Source: a virus. Taken from it: 64,000 nt of DNA. Shown here in pieces: positions 1-9,224 of the stretch (within the stretch, counting starts at the first letter, position 1; each line of letters starts with the position of its first letter). Where the stretch lies: positions 1 through 64,000 of the IMG/VR virus record IMGVR_UViG_3300035660_000002, one strand, 5' to 3'. The position numbers and the translations under genes are program-made. The notes beneath the pieces were generated by a model. The model saw only the letters and a program-made list of their open reading frames with translations. It was not told the origin of the DNA and ran no database searches.

Positions 1-740
1 GGAGGCGTGATGTCTCTGCTATTTGGGAATGCCTTGGCAAATGTTCCTGCGCTTATCGGCTTCTCCTTTATGATCTTGGATAGGCCGTTTGTGATCTCTC
101 TTTTAAGTTGTGGTACTCTCGCGTCCATCTCTTCCTTCAAACCTTCCTGTCGTCTGTTCAGCTTCCTGAGCTGAGTCTTTTCCCGTTCCTTATTGAGCTT
201 GCCGGACTTGTCCTTCAGCAGTTCCTTGTCCTCTTCCGATGGCTCACTGACTCCTCCCTGTGGAGCGAATGCAATATCGGCGCTTGTTGTCATCTCGGAG
301 GTAAACTTCTCTATACCAAATCGCACCCTGATCGATTCCTCGACTGTTTCCAGTATATTTGAAATGTCATTGCCCTTATCATCAATCACATGATTTATCT
401 TTGTGTTAAGCTTGTTTGACACCTTATCAAGAATGTCTACCAACTGGCTTGAGAGCAATGTCTCTGACACAAAGTACACCATTAAGAATTTCTTGTTGTC
501 ATGTTCAAACACTCTGCCACGAATCCATCCGGGCTTGTAAGCTATGTCCTTGAACACATCGTGGCTGTGCTTCTCCTCCGGCTTATCCGATAGCCGAATA
601 TCCCCACTCTCAAGCGAATACCACCATATCCTCTTGACGTTCTCATTCTTGTGCGCTATCGAGAATAGAAACTTCGGGTCGATGTTTGTAACATCCACGG
701 CCGTTTCCTCTTTCAGCTGATCAAGCAGATCCTTACCCAT
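1..740 (-). CDS. Hypothetical protein of the head/structural region, 3' end runs off the window
   Basis: Own translation: frame from ATG at 740 (MGKDLLDQLKEETAVDVTNIDPKF...) with no stop seen toward position 1; start overlaps the stop of the upstream gene; absent from the ORF track because it has no stop in the window. Confidence 0.7.
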   Translation of the reverse strand, partial: MGKDLLDQLKEETAVDVTNIDPKFLFSIAHKNENVKRIWWYSLESGDIRLSDKPEEKHSHDVFKDIAYKPGWIRGRVFEHDNKKFLMVYFVSETLLSSQLVDILDKVSNKLNTKINHVIDDKGNDISNILETVEESIRVRFGIEKFTSEMTTSADIAFAPQGGVSEPSEEDKELLKDKSGKLNKEREKTQLRKLNRRQEGLKEEMDARVPQLKREITNGLSKIIKEKPISAGTFAKAFPNSRDITP

Positions 741-1158
741 TCTTATGCGCCTTTGCTTTTACGATCTCGCGCTTCTCGTCATCTACACTGTAGTAAGTTT
801 TCCCGCCATCGTTAGAGAACAGTGCCGGGTTGCGTCTTGATTGCCACACACTCTTACCGAATCCCATGTTCTCCCCATACTGCTCTACTACGTTCATCCA
901 CTCACTTGGATCGTCTGTTATCTCTGTCAGTGTTCCCCATCGTGCCAGCTTATCAAAGAGTTCAAGCGTCAGATGCGCCGACATGCCGCTGTGTCCCTGG
1001 TCCGCAAAAGACTTCATCAGCTCCAGCACGGCATTTCCCAGCATGCCGTCGTAGTCACTGCCCTTGTCAAATAGTCCGGCCCTGCCCAGTTCGTCCTTGG
1101 CATGATCTACCAATCCTTCTTCGAGGAGCAGTGCTCTCAGCTCAAGCGTGTCTATCAT
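733..1158 (-). CDS. Conserved-looking phage hypothetical protein
   Basis: 141 aa ORF with FADQGHSGMSA and WQSRRNPALFS motifs, recalled from phage hypothetical proteins; coupled to neighbours by short overlaps. Confidence 0.7.
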   Translation of the reverse strand: MIDTLELRALLLEEGLVDHAKDELGRAGLFDKGSDYDGMLGNAVLELMKSFADQGHSGMSAHLTLELFDKLARWGTLTEITDDPSEWMNVVEQYGENMGFGKSVWQSRRNPALFSNDGGKTYYSVDDEKREIVKAKAHKNG

Positions 1159-1394
1159 ACAAAACCTTCTGTGTTCTCTATGTTGTCTGCCAGCTCTCTC
1201 ACAAACTTCGCCACTCTTTTCTTGAACTCAGGATCTTTCTTACATCTATCCATCAATCCAGCCTGCAGACCAAAGTCGAATTCATCACTGGAATACATAC
1301 CGGTATCATCATCTGTTATCAACTCAACAGTGAGTAACTCTTCTGTCTGATGCTCATTTACCTTCTTCAGTTGGTCTACAAGTTTTCTTTCCAT
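1155..1394 (-). CDS. Hypothetical acidic protein
   Basis: 79 aa ORF, ATGA-type overlap with the next gene. Confidence 0.6.
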   Translation of the reverse strand: MERKLVDQLKKVNEHQTEELLTVELITDDDTGMYSSDEFDFGLQAGLMDRCKKDPEFKKRVAKFVRELADNIENTEGFV

Positions 1395-1407
1395 CGATCA
1401 CTCATGT

Positions 1408-1434
1408 GGGGTGGAGGCTTACGGCCTCCACCCC
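1408..1434 (-). terminator. Strong intergenic hairpin (terminator or RNA stability element)
   Basis: GGGGTGGAGGC-CGTAA-GCCTCCACCCC perfect 11-bp stem between genes; no U tract on the coding strand. Confidence 0.4.
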
Positions 1435-1442
1435 TATTTCTC

Positions 1443-1685
1443 CTATTTTGTCATGAAACCTGCTTCAAACAACTGGTTCCGCACGTTCGGATACTTGTAG
1501 AAATCACGCCAAAACTGCCTCTGTTGCTGCCTCGTCATCCCCAGCGACTTCATTGTGAGATCCATCGCTTTAAGGTATTCCCGGGCAAGGTGCGCTTTCC
1601 TTCGCAAACCCCTCACTCGCATGCTTGTAACTATGAACGGCGGAAAGTTCAAAACAGCCTTTATCACTTTTCCGATTCTCTTCAT
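1443..1685 (-). CDS. Hypothetical basic protein
   Basis: 80 aa ORF, good RBS (GGTAGG), fills the gap in the minus-strand gene run. Confidence 0.6.
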   Translation of the reverse strand: MKRIGKVIKAVLNFPPFIVTSMRVRGLRRKAHLAREYLKAMDLTMKSLGMTRQQQRQFWRDFYKYPNVRNQLFEAGFMTK

Positions 1686-1703
1686 ATTCCTACCTTTGAA
1701 AAG

Positions 1704-2471
1704 TTAGAACCTTACGATTCCTGCTACTTCGATCGCTGCCTGATCAATGAGCTTTCCTTTGACAGATATGCCGAAGGTATCATTGAGGTCGTATTGCGCG
1801 CCTACCGTCATACCGATATTGTTCTTGGCTTTCATCCTCAGCTTCTCGCCCTCCGGGTTGCCCGATATTCTCAGATCAGAATAACGCACGCCTAGAATCG
1901 GAGTTACGGTTCCCTGTATCGGTATCTTGTAATCTGCCAGGTTGAGTGCTTTGGATACCTGGATCTCGAATGCGTAGTCTAAGTAATTAAGATCCTTGTC
2001 ACTCTTCAGCTCGTAGTCTCCTACCTTATTCAGATCTGCTGATGTGGTTCTGATCATTCCAAGCACTGCTAGATCCACAGACAACTTTAATGGCAGGTCC
2101 ACTCTTGCTTCAAGTCCGTAGCCGAATGACATATCAGAGTCTATGTCCTGCTCTCCTTGAAACTGCCCGCCCGTACCTACACCAGCAACGAATGGACTCA
2201 GAGTAATGATGTCCAATATTCTGATATCAGCCTTGGCTCCGTACCACTGGCTTGCTAGCTCGGCTGACATGCCATCCTGCGCCACCTTCCTTGACAGCAG
2301 TATCTCTGAGTACGGCTCGATTCCAATCTTCACATTCATGGAGTCTAAGAACGACTTTGCCACATCAATCGGGTTGCTCGACGCGGACTTCGCGGCATCC
2401 TGAGCGTACCCGGTGAACGCCATCATTGCCACCATTACTACGACTGCTAATATCGTAAACAACTTCTTCAT
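1704..2471 (-). CDS. Outer-membrane beta-barrel protein resembling Chlamydia MOMP/PVC porins
   Basis: Signal peptide MKKLFTILAVVVMVAMMAFTGYA, alternating amphipathic beta strands, C-terminal Phe (BAM signal); TPILGVRYS and ISVKGKLIDQAAIEVAGIVRF resemble MOMP TPYIGVKWS and [21 protein letters not shown] as recalled. Confidence 0.78.
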   Translation of the reverse strand: MKKLFTILAVVVMVAMMAFTGYAQDAAKSASSNPIDVAKSFLDSMNVKIGIEPYSEILLSRKVAQDGMSAELASQWYGAKADIRILDIITLSPFVAGVGTGGQFQGEQDIDSDMSFGYGLEARVDLPLKLSVDLAVLGMIRTTSADLNKVGDYELKSDKDLNYLDYAFEIQVSKALNLADYKIPIQGTVTPILGVRYSDLRISGNPEGEKLRMKAKNNIGMTVGAQYDLNDTFGISVKGKLIDQAAIEVAGIVRF

Positions 2472-2548
2472 GACACTATCCTCCTTAGGTTATTATCGAA
2501 CATCGGTACCTTCATCCACGACAGCGATTCTCCTCCTTCCTTTATTCA

Positions 2549-2641
2549 TCATCTTATTCTTTTCCAAACCATTCCCAACACTGCCCATATTAACAGACTT
2601 AATGCATTTGCTATCATTACTGCTAATACCATTTTAATCAT
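2549..2641 (-). CDS. Possible 30-aa membrane peptide
   Basis: Own translation MIKMVLAVMIANALSLLIWAVLGMVWKRIR; single hydrophobic helix with basic tail; fills an intergenic gap. Confidence 0.3.
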   Translation of the reverse strand: MIKMVLAVMIANALSLLIWAVLGMVWKRIR

Positions 2642-2642
2642 A

Positions 2643-3404
2643 TTAGTTATCCTTCATCCGGTCTATGCCGGAGATTATATTTACATCCTCCGGCGGCACT
2701 TCCAATGTCTTTCCGTTGCTGTCGAACTTGACCTCGAGTTCGCCGCCGTCATGATCTGTCACTACACCTTTCGATCCTTGTGGCATAGTAAATGACACAT
2801 ACTTAACGTCACGCTTCAAAGAGACGCGCTTGTCAACAAACTTGGAGATGTCGCCGCGCTTTTCGGCTACCTCCGAGGCAAAGATTTTATTCCATTCAGC
2901 GATTGCCCTGCGGTATGACCCATCGCCCTTTTTCATCAAAGGAGATGGCTTTCCTGTAAAGATGTTTGGTAATTTTGCGGCAGGACTATTGTTATAAGCG
3001 TCCATTCCGGCATTAGCATAATCTTCCGCCGACTTAAAATTTCCCGGCTCTAATGCTACCTTCCCCTCATCCGCACAGTTGTAGGAAACTTCCCCTGTCG
3101 TTCTGTTCTTTCTGTAGCATTCCGGTCCGCCACAATGAGGGCATACTGATTCATTCGTATCCACTTCAAACACCTTCAGCAACTTATCGATCAGCTGATC
3201 CTGCTCCTCAGAGAAATGCCAGCGCACGTCCTTTTGCTTGTTGTACCATTCCCGGGCCGTGTTGTTCTTGAGCTCCTCACTCATCGCCTGCCAGTCCGCT
3301 ACCATCTCTGCTATGTCGATCGGAGGCATCCGTGTCGCGTCTACCACAAAGTCCGACTCGTCCCGGTCTTTCGGATCTAGTAGTCTAACTTGTGTGTTAC
3401 CCAC
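2643..3404 (-). CDS. C-terminal part of HEG-split polyprotein: end of HD-like (DUF5662-type) domain, Zn finger, SH3/KOW-like domain
   Basis: MPPIDIAEMVADWQAMSEE completes the HD-like domain begun in 4175-6685; own AGGAG RBS and GTG start inside the end of the GIY-YIG ORF; CPHCGGPEC; terminal SH3-like module. Confidence 0.72.
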   Translation of the reverse strand: MGNTQVRLLDPKDRDESDFVVDATRMPPIDIAEMVADWQAMSEELKNNTAREWYNKQKDVRWHFSEEQDQLIDKLLKVFEVDTNESVCPHCGGPECYRKNRTTGEVSYNCADEGKVALEPGNFKSAEDYANAGMDAYNNSPAAKLPNIFTGKPSPLMKKGDGSYRRAIAEWNKIFASEVAEKRGDISKFVDKRVSLKRDVKYVSFTMPQGSKGVVTDHDGGELEVKFDSNGKTLEVPPEDVNIISGIDRMKDN

Positions 3405-4173
3405 AATGCAAAGCTCCTGTTTTTATTCCTTTGTTCCAAGGTATTTTTCCTATATGTGCATCTCTGTTTTTATCATTAGATTCTTTTGTATGGTGCTTCC
3501 CAAAGAATGGATGCTTTTCTCCAACTCGTCCAATCATCCCATTCTTCTTTCTGAGTTCCCAATCAGTATTTCCTTGCTTAAAACCACCATATCGGCACTT
3601 GCGACCCAGTACCCACCCGTCCACTTTATATTTATCTACATCTTCCTGCTTGACGAATGCCGCCATGCCCAAAACCAGATTGTGCATATGCTTACTACCA
3701 GCTGGGCCTTTATTTATTTTCCGCACACACCGAAGCCGTTCTGCCTGAGCTATTTTTACTTTCTCTGATCTGTTCTTTGCAGCAACGCTCTGCTTTCTCC
3801 GTGTTTCTTCAGACATCTTTTTACCAAACGATGGACTACCTACTCCCCGTCTACCGTACATAGGGTTAGCGCTGCCTTTTCTGCACACTCCAGTGTCCCC
3901 GCCATCCCCACCCACAGCTATATTGTAACACTGGTCTTTACCAAAAATCTTTTTATACTCTGCAATATATATCTTTTCTAGTTCGTTCAACTTTACTATA
4001 TCTTCTGCTCTGGCTATCACTTCTACTCTAAACACAGTTGCGCCGTACTTTCGTAAAGCTCTAATCAAACGTAAGCCAGATCCGTAGTAGTGCTGCACAA
4101 AGTTACCTTTCTTTTTCCCAATATACACAGATCCATTAACTGTATTTATCGTTTTGTAAATATATCCAAACAT
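3397..4173 (-). CDS. GIY-YIG homing endonuclease with NUMOD3 repeats
   Basis: GYIYKTINTVNGSVYIG, HYYGSG, LNELEKIYI and YNIAVGG motifs, then NUMOD3-like segments (MSEETRRKQS, KHHTKES); AT-rich; probable start ATG 4173. Confidence 0.92.
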   Translation of the reverse strand: MFGYIYKTINTVNGSVYIGKKKGNFVQHYYGSGLRLIRALRKYGATVFRVEVIARAEDIVKLNELEKIYIAEYKKIFGKDQCYNIAVGGDGGDTGVCRKGSANPMYGRRGVGSPSFGKKMSEETRRKQSVAAKNRSEKVKIAQAERLRCVRKINKGPAGSKHMHNLVLGMAAFVKQEDVDKYKVDGWVLGRKCRYGGFKQGNTDWELRKKNGMIGRVGEKHPFFGKHHTKESNDKNRDAHIGKIPWNKGIKTGALHCG

Positions 4174-4174
4174 T

Positions 4175-6685
4175 CTATAAATTCCTTCTGTATTCTTCCC
4201 CTTCAACTGACCAATATTCTGGGTGATGTTTATTCGTAAAAATGTGCCTCTCAGTCGCTTTGTTCTCGTCTTCATCCGGCAGCGTGCCCGGAGTCTTGTA
4301 GCTCTTAAAGTTATCCTGCTTGTGCCGCCACGATATCTTTATGTAGGGCGTACGCTCCGGCTCCTCGAGCTTGGATGCATCATGATGCTCCACCTGAGCC
4401 ATCAGGTCGCCACAGTCCGCGCCATTCAGAATATGCGCCTGCTCTAGCCTCTTGGCCGCTGCCTGTACGAGAGCTATATGCTTGGCCGTGCGTTCCTCGA
4501 AGTATTTTTCCTTCTCTTCTTGGCTTGCGTCGGCTTCCTGCAGACGTTCCAAGTCCTCTATGAAATATGTAAAGGTTGCGCCTCTCTTTGTGCGCACCTG
4601 AGCTTTGTCACGAGATACAAGTTCCACTGTTCCTTCAAGTCCCTGGTCGTCGCCGATCTTGACACGGACTTTATCGCCCTCTTTGACAGATTCTTGTGCA
4701 TTGGCTTTATGAATGTTCGGGTTAGGATTGTCCGCGAATTTCTTTGATGCCACACCATCCTTGATCTCTTTCACATAGTCAATGTCACCGCCGTTTATGA
4801 CACTCCAGCTCTTAAAATGCTCATCACAGAACCATGCATGCGCCATGCCCTCTGCCCACTTAACTTCCTTTGTCGGTGGCTTGTCGCACTCCATACACTT
4901 ATCATGACTATGACTTTCATTCACGGATTCCTTCGCTCTCTCTTTGCCTTTTAGGAACTCGGCACCTTTCTTGACCGCTCCGACTGCGCCTCGCGCGCCC
5001 TTCTCCGCTGCCCACACATCCTTCATGAAGAACCTTTTGATGTGCCCGGCCATTGTGCTCTTATAGAATGGTATGACATCAAACATGAGCTGTGAGTGCT
5101 TGCACATAATGCCGTACTGCTTCGGGTTCCTGATCCTTGGAGGCCTATTCTCCGGCTCACCATACTTCGTGCCACGCTGTGTTGTGGTATACGCCGGACC
5201 CCAATATTGGAAGGAAGGACAATTATGGACAAACACGCCTGCAGCAACGAGGAAGTTATGACTATCTTCCACAAATAAATCGTAGACTGGTACTTCTTTA
5301 TCCAAATCTATTATAGTGATCTTTACTACCTTATGATTATGCATCTTCAAGAACTTTCCAGTAATAGGATCCCGTGGCCATGCTTTATTACGCTCTGTCG
5401 TAACTGCACTCGCACGAGCTATTTCTTCTGAGCATGCCCATCTTTTAGCAGACGCCTCTTTCATGCGTTCACGAGTTTCCTCCGATATCTTTCTATTCTG
5501 CCCTGCTTTTATAATACTTTCCCTATTTTTTGGGTTCTTCCACATGTTCTTCATCTGCGCACTAAAAAACTTCCTACCCTCTGCACTCTGGACGAAAGCA
5601 ACGCCCTTCTCATTAAAATGCTTTACGACATCCGGTCTCTTCTCAGCAAATATTCTTCCTGCGTTTGCGTTCCGAATGCTCATCTCTTTTCTAAACTGCG
5701 GATCGTTACGCGCTTTCTCTATGCTTTTGATAACATTCTGCTTACCTAATCTTGCGTGATAATACCAATGCTCAAGACGTCCCATCCATCCCTGATTTTC
5801 TGGTCGATTATCTAATGTATTAAAGTTCTTATGATGAACTGTAAGCCACTTTTCTTTTCCACTTCTCACGAGTTCGTATTTTTTATCATATTGATCTTTC
5901 AGCACAGTCTCAGCAACAATCCTGTGCACCATCTTGAATATTGGCCTGCCCATCCTATCTACTTTTGAATTGTACTTGACCTGCAAGTACTGTTGGGAGA
6001 ACTTCTTGTTTTTACTCAACTTCATATACAATGGCATCAGAGAATCGCCAGTCTTGATCTCCTCTGCTCTCTTATATGTGCCATCTCTCATTCGATACAG
6101 ATGATCTACTGTGCTCTTTATTGTCTTTCCATTATCCAAGGTAACCTCTATCAAATGAGACGTTATCCCTGTAACTCCGAGGCATCTCGCTTTCTTCGGT
6201 GTAAAGTCGCCGTGCTCGTCAGAGGAATATATCCAAAAAGTTTTTGTAGTTCCGTACTCATTCAACATCTCTTCCATGGTAAGCACTCTGCCATCAAGCA
6301 ATGGCACTTTAGTATCGCCAGTCAAACAGCTGCATAGTATCTTAAGGTCGGCCTGATCTACTACGGCCGCGCCGAGTCTCCTCGCGTCAACGCCACTCTT
6401 GTCCTTCTTCCAGTTCCTCATGTCCTGCGCTTCTTTTGCTATTATCTTTCTTATGTCCGCAAATTGCACGGTGACATCATACTTCAGCCCTGCGGTCGTG
6501 GCTGACGTCACCTTGAAGTACCAGACGCCGGCATCTTCTTTTACCAACTTGACGCCGCCTGCGCCTGCCACCTGATCCACACGATCGTAGAACGGTGGAA
6601 AGAGCCGGGTGATAGAGTCCTGCTTCCGCAGTATGCCCCCTATCGGTTCCTCTGACAATTTCCTGGATTCAGCGTATACGTCCAT
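4175..6685 (-). CDS. Intein-containing modular protein: SWIM-type Zn finger domain, Zn ribbon, KOW/SH3 module and N-terminal part of HD-like (DUF5662-type) domain
   Basis: After intein removal reads LCSCPSFQYWG...RNP...MCKH (SWIM-like CxC..CxH); CMECDKP..FCDEH; EGDKVRVKIGDDQGLEGTV; H..HDASKLEEPE..H..NKHHPEYW. Confidence 0.72.
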   Translation of the reverse strand: MDVYAESRKLSEEPIGGILRKQDSITRLFPPFYDRVDQVAGAGGVKLVKEDAGVWYFKVTSATTAGLKYDVTVQFADIRKIIAKEAQDMRNWKKDKSGVDARRLGAAVVDQADLKILCSCLTGDTKVPLLDGRVLTMEEMLNEYGTTKTFWIYSSDEHGDFTPKKARCLGVTGITSHLIEVTLDNGKTIKSTVDHLYRMRDGTYKRAEEIKTGDSLMPLYMKLSKNKKFSQQYLQVKYNSKVDRMGRPIFKMVHRIVAETVLKDQYDKKYELVRSGKEKWLTVHHKNFNTLDNRPENQGWMGRLEHWYYHARLGKQNVIKSIEKARNDPQFRKEMSIRNANAGRIFAEKRPDVVKHFNEKGVAFVQSAEGRKFFSAQMKNMWKNPKNRESIIKAGQNRKISEETRERMKEASAKRWACSEEIARASAVTTERNKAWPRDPITGKFLKMHNHKVVKITIIDLDKEVPVYDLFVEDSHNFLVAAGVFVHNCPSFQYWGPAYTTTQRGTKYGEPENRPPRIRNPKQYGIMCKHSQLMFDVIPFYKSTMAGHIKRFFMKDVWAAEKGARGAVGAVKKGAEFLKGKERAKESVNESHSHDKCMECDKPPTKEVKWAEGMAHAWFCDEHFKSWSVINGGDIDYVKEIKDGVASKKFADNPNPNIHKANAQESVKEGDKVRVKIGDDQGLEGTVELVSRDKAQVRTKRGATFTYFIEDLERLQEADASQEEKEKYFEERTAKHIALVQAAAKRLEQAHILNGADCGDLMAQVEHHDASKLEEPERTPYIKISWRHKQDNFKSYKTPGTLPDEDENKATERHIFTNKHHPEYWSVEGEEYRRNL
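5222..6328 (-). mobile_element. Intein (369 aa) with HNH-type endonuclease
   Basis: Starts CLTGDTK, block B TVDHLY, ends VYDLFVEDSHNFLVAAGVFVHN followed by Cys; internal VHRIVAE..VHHKNFNTLDNRPEN HNH motif. Confidence 0.92.
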
Positions 6686-6687
6686 CT

Positions 6688-6834
6688 CTACATCCCTATA
6701 TGTTCGTGTGGGTCGAAGTCAGGATTGTAATCCTCAATCTTGGGTTCCCTGTCCCACAAGTTCATCCAGGTCACTGCAACGCACCACAAACCCAGCATGA
6801 TCACAATCACTGAGATGCTTAAATTTTTAAACAT
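6688..6834 (-). CDS. Small membrane protein (48 aa)
   Basis: Own translation MFKNLSISVIVIMLGLWCVAVTWMNLWDREPK...; one TM helix; fills the gap between genes. Confidence 0.45.
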   Translation of the reverse strand: MFKNLSISVIVIMLGLWCVAVTWMNLWDREPKIEDYNPDFDPHEHIGM

Positions 6835-6849
6835 ACAGCATCCTCGGGC

Positions 6850-7560
6850 TCAGCGCCGTTGTGCCATCATGATCCAGCGCGATTCTTTCCGCAACGTTTC
6901 AATCAACCTGTCTCTTTCCTTCAGTCCCTCATCCACCATCGTCTGTCCATCTGTCTGCAGACCTATCATCTGGCTCTTCCTTAATATGTTGCCTTCCAGC
7001 ATCATGACCGTTGCCCGCGCATGCTGTCTTATCCATCCGTATATAAATTCATCCAGGATATCCTCATTTGGTAAAATTCTCTTTGTGCCTATGACTGCGA
7101 CAGCTGACGATCCTCTCGGCACCTGCTGCAGGAAAAGCCATCCGCCTTTTGTTGAGTCGTCACTGCGTATCCACTTCCACCTGAAGTCGTTTCCAAGGTA
7201 TATCCTATATCCTTCAAACGTGTGAGACAAAAGCATGAGGTCATTGGTGTATCTGTCCAACGTTATAAATCCTAGTAGCACCCACATCGGGTGATTCGAG
7301 AACAGCTCCTCCTGCATTGTCGATGGGTATGCTCTAACGACTGTCTTTATTTCTGCATTGAGCTGTATGTGTGCCTCTACTGCGCCCCCCGTCACAAGCG
7401 TTCCTGGAACTGGGAACATCCTCACTACCTTATATGCAGAGTGCGTGTTCCAATCAAGTATGCTCTGCTCTACAGCCAGATCTACCGCAGACGGAGTCAG
7501 AGCGAGCGCGAGGGGCTGGAATGATTTCATGATCCAATCTCTGATCTGTTCTGGTTTCAC
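6850..7560 (-). CDS. Probable neck/head-closure protein (T4 gp13-like position)
   Basis: 236 aa directly after the major capsid gene; C-terminal LQTDGQTMVDEGLKERDRL resembles neck-protein tails; assignment mostly by synteny. Confidence 0.5.
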   Translation of the reverse strand: MKPEQIRDWIMKSFQPLALALTPSAVDLAVEQSILDWNTHSAYKVVRMFPVPGTLVTGGAVEAHIQLNAEIKTVVRAYPSTMQEELFSNHPMWVLLGFITLDRYTNDLMLLSHTFEGYRIYLGNDFRWKWIRSDDSTKGGWLFLQQVPRGSSAVAVIGTKRILPNEDILDEFIYGWIRQHARATVMMLEGNILRKSQMIGLQTDGQTMVDEGLKERDRLIETLRKESRWIMMAQRR

Positions 7561-7577
7561 TTGATGTCCTCTTTAGA

Positions 7578-7611
7578 AAACTGGGGCGGGCGTTTTTACC
7601 CGCCCCAGTTT
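7578..7611 (-). terminator. Rho-independent terminator after the major capsid gene
   Basis: AACTGGGGCGGG-loop-CCCGCCCCAGTT stem followed by TTCT on the coding strand. Confidence 0.75.
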
Positions 7612-7642
7612 AATTACTATCTAATTACCAATATCTACTGAA

Positions 7643-9181
7643 TTAGTAATTAGAGATGTCCCCGTAGCAGAACATACCGGGGTTGATAACCTTTATTGCC
7701 GCCTGTGAGAGGAAGCCGCGCTGAGTGGTCAGATCAGCGAGCGTCACAGGATCCGTTGCATACAGCGGAACGTAGGGCGCGAATATGATACCTGCGAACA
7801 GGTAGTTATCGCCCCTGAACAGCTCAACGTACTCATCCGCCAGATAGAACGGATTACAGATGATCAGCCTGTTGCCCAAGGTGCCATGAACGTATGGGCC
7901 TGCTGGAGGCTTGGTTCCAATACCTGCGGCCGGTTTGTACTCCGGTAGCTGCTCGATCAAGCTGCAGACATTGATGCCGCCAACTGCTACGTTCGCGATT
8001 GCACGCAGGGTCTTTGCGAATATGTTCGCCGATCCTTTGCTCATGTACCTCTTTAACTCATGGATCCTCCAGATCCACTCCTGTCCGGCGCCAACCGTAC
8101 AGTTAAAGGTACCAGGGCCTGTAGCACTGCCAGCCCCACGTGATGTCGTCTTGATCTGCGACAGCACCGTCTGGTCGATCGCGAACCTGATCTCCTGCGT
8201 TGCGAACTTCATGCCCTCATCCGCTAACACCATGCCGTGAATCTTCTGCAGGTTGATAGCTGCAAACACGGTATAGTTCAGCTTCAGCGGGAACACCCGG
8301 GCATCGACGTTTTCAGACACGACCTCAAGATCCAGGCCGCCGATCCTGTCTGCGTAACCCGCGCAGCCAGCGTCGCACCTCTCTACATCATACCTGTAAT
8401 TAACCGTTGACGTTGTAGCCGCGTCAATGGTTCCACCGCCGCCAGCATCAAGCACGATGACGCCTGATCCCAGTGTGTAAGTGCCGACAACACCCGACCA
8501 AGCAGTATCAAATGGTGTGGTGACGGTATAATACGCCTGCAGTGTCAGCGAAGTGGTACTGCGGAACTGAACCACTCTTGTGCTGCCGCCTTTGGTGACT
8601 GTGAGACCATTCACCGTGACCGAGAGATCAATCAACGGGAAGAACCTACACGCCGTCAACGTTCTGCCCTGCGCAGGTGAACCCGCAAGGTTTGCTTCGG
8701 CTATCACTTCGTCAGACGCATATGATCTTGCGTCCGCCGATGCCGCATGCCCGACCTTTGCCCCGATCAGCTGATCTGTTACTCCGACCGTACCCTTTGT
8801 GGTCGCGGCCTTTATGTTCATGAAGTATACCTGGGCCTGCGGTCTATCGATAGCCTGAACGATAGACACGTGATCGGCTACCAGGCTGGGCAACAGCGCA
8901 GGAATAGTCGGAAGCATCTGCCTCGCGAACGCGATTGCGTCCGAATAGGTAGCCTCTGACACCATCCCGCCCATCTTGTTCAACACATAGAAGTCGAACA
9001 AGTTATCGCAGCACTGTGCGATATTTGCTTTCTGATACTCCTGCAGATCCCTGCCCTGGCTCTTGAAGAACTTCTCAACGACAGCGATGTACGGCTGCCA
9101 ACGGGCCATCGCTTCCGTCTGCCTCTTCATGAGCTCAGATCTGCGGGCTTCCGCGAGCTTTCTGAAATCAACTTGTGGCAT
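7643..9181 (-). CDS. gp23: Major capsid protein, T4 gp23-like
   Basis: VQAIDRPQAQVYFM and IIFAPYVPLY..TQRGFLS motifs of the gp23 family; propeptide ending VSE|A like the gp23 cleavage site; follows the protease. Confidence 0.92.
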   Translation of the reverse strand: MPQVDFRKLAEARRSELMKRQTEAMARWQPYIAVVEKFFKSQGRDLQEYQKANIAQCCDNLFDFYVLNKMGGMVSEATYSDAIAFARQMLPTIPALLPSLVADHVSIVQAIDRPQAQVYFMNIKAATTKGTVGVTDQLIGAKVGHAASADARSYASDEVIAEANLAGSPAQGRTLTACRFFPLIDLSVTVNGLTVTKGGSTRVVQFRSTTSLTLQAYYTVTTPFDTAWSGVVGTYTLGSGVIVLDAGGGGTIDAATTSTVNYRYDVERCDAGCAGYADRIGGLDLEVVSENVDARVFPLKLNYTVFAAINLQKIHGMVLADEGMKFATQEIRFAIDQTVLSQIKTTSRGAGSATGPGTFNCTVGAGQEWIWRIHELKRYMSKGSANIFAKTLRAIANVAVGGINVCSLIEQLPEYKPAAGIGTKPPAGPYVHGTLGNRLIICNPFYLADEYVELFRGDNYLFAGIIFAPYVPLYATDPVTLADLTTQRGFLSQAAIKVINPGMFCYGDISNY

Positions 9182-9224
9182 ATATTTACCTTTCGTTATG
9201 TCTCTGTTTTCGGTTTAGATTCTT

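Noticed and set aside
3390-4210. Group I intron around the GIY-YIG gene
   Set aside because: No non-coding space for P3-P9 core elements on either side; the downstream half has its own RBS and start codon
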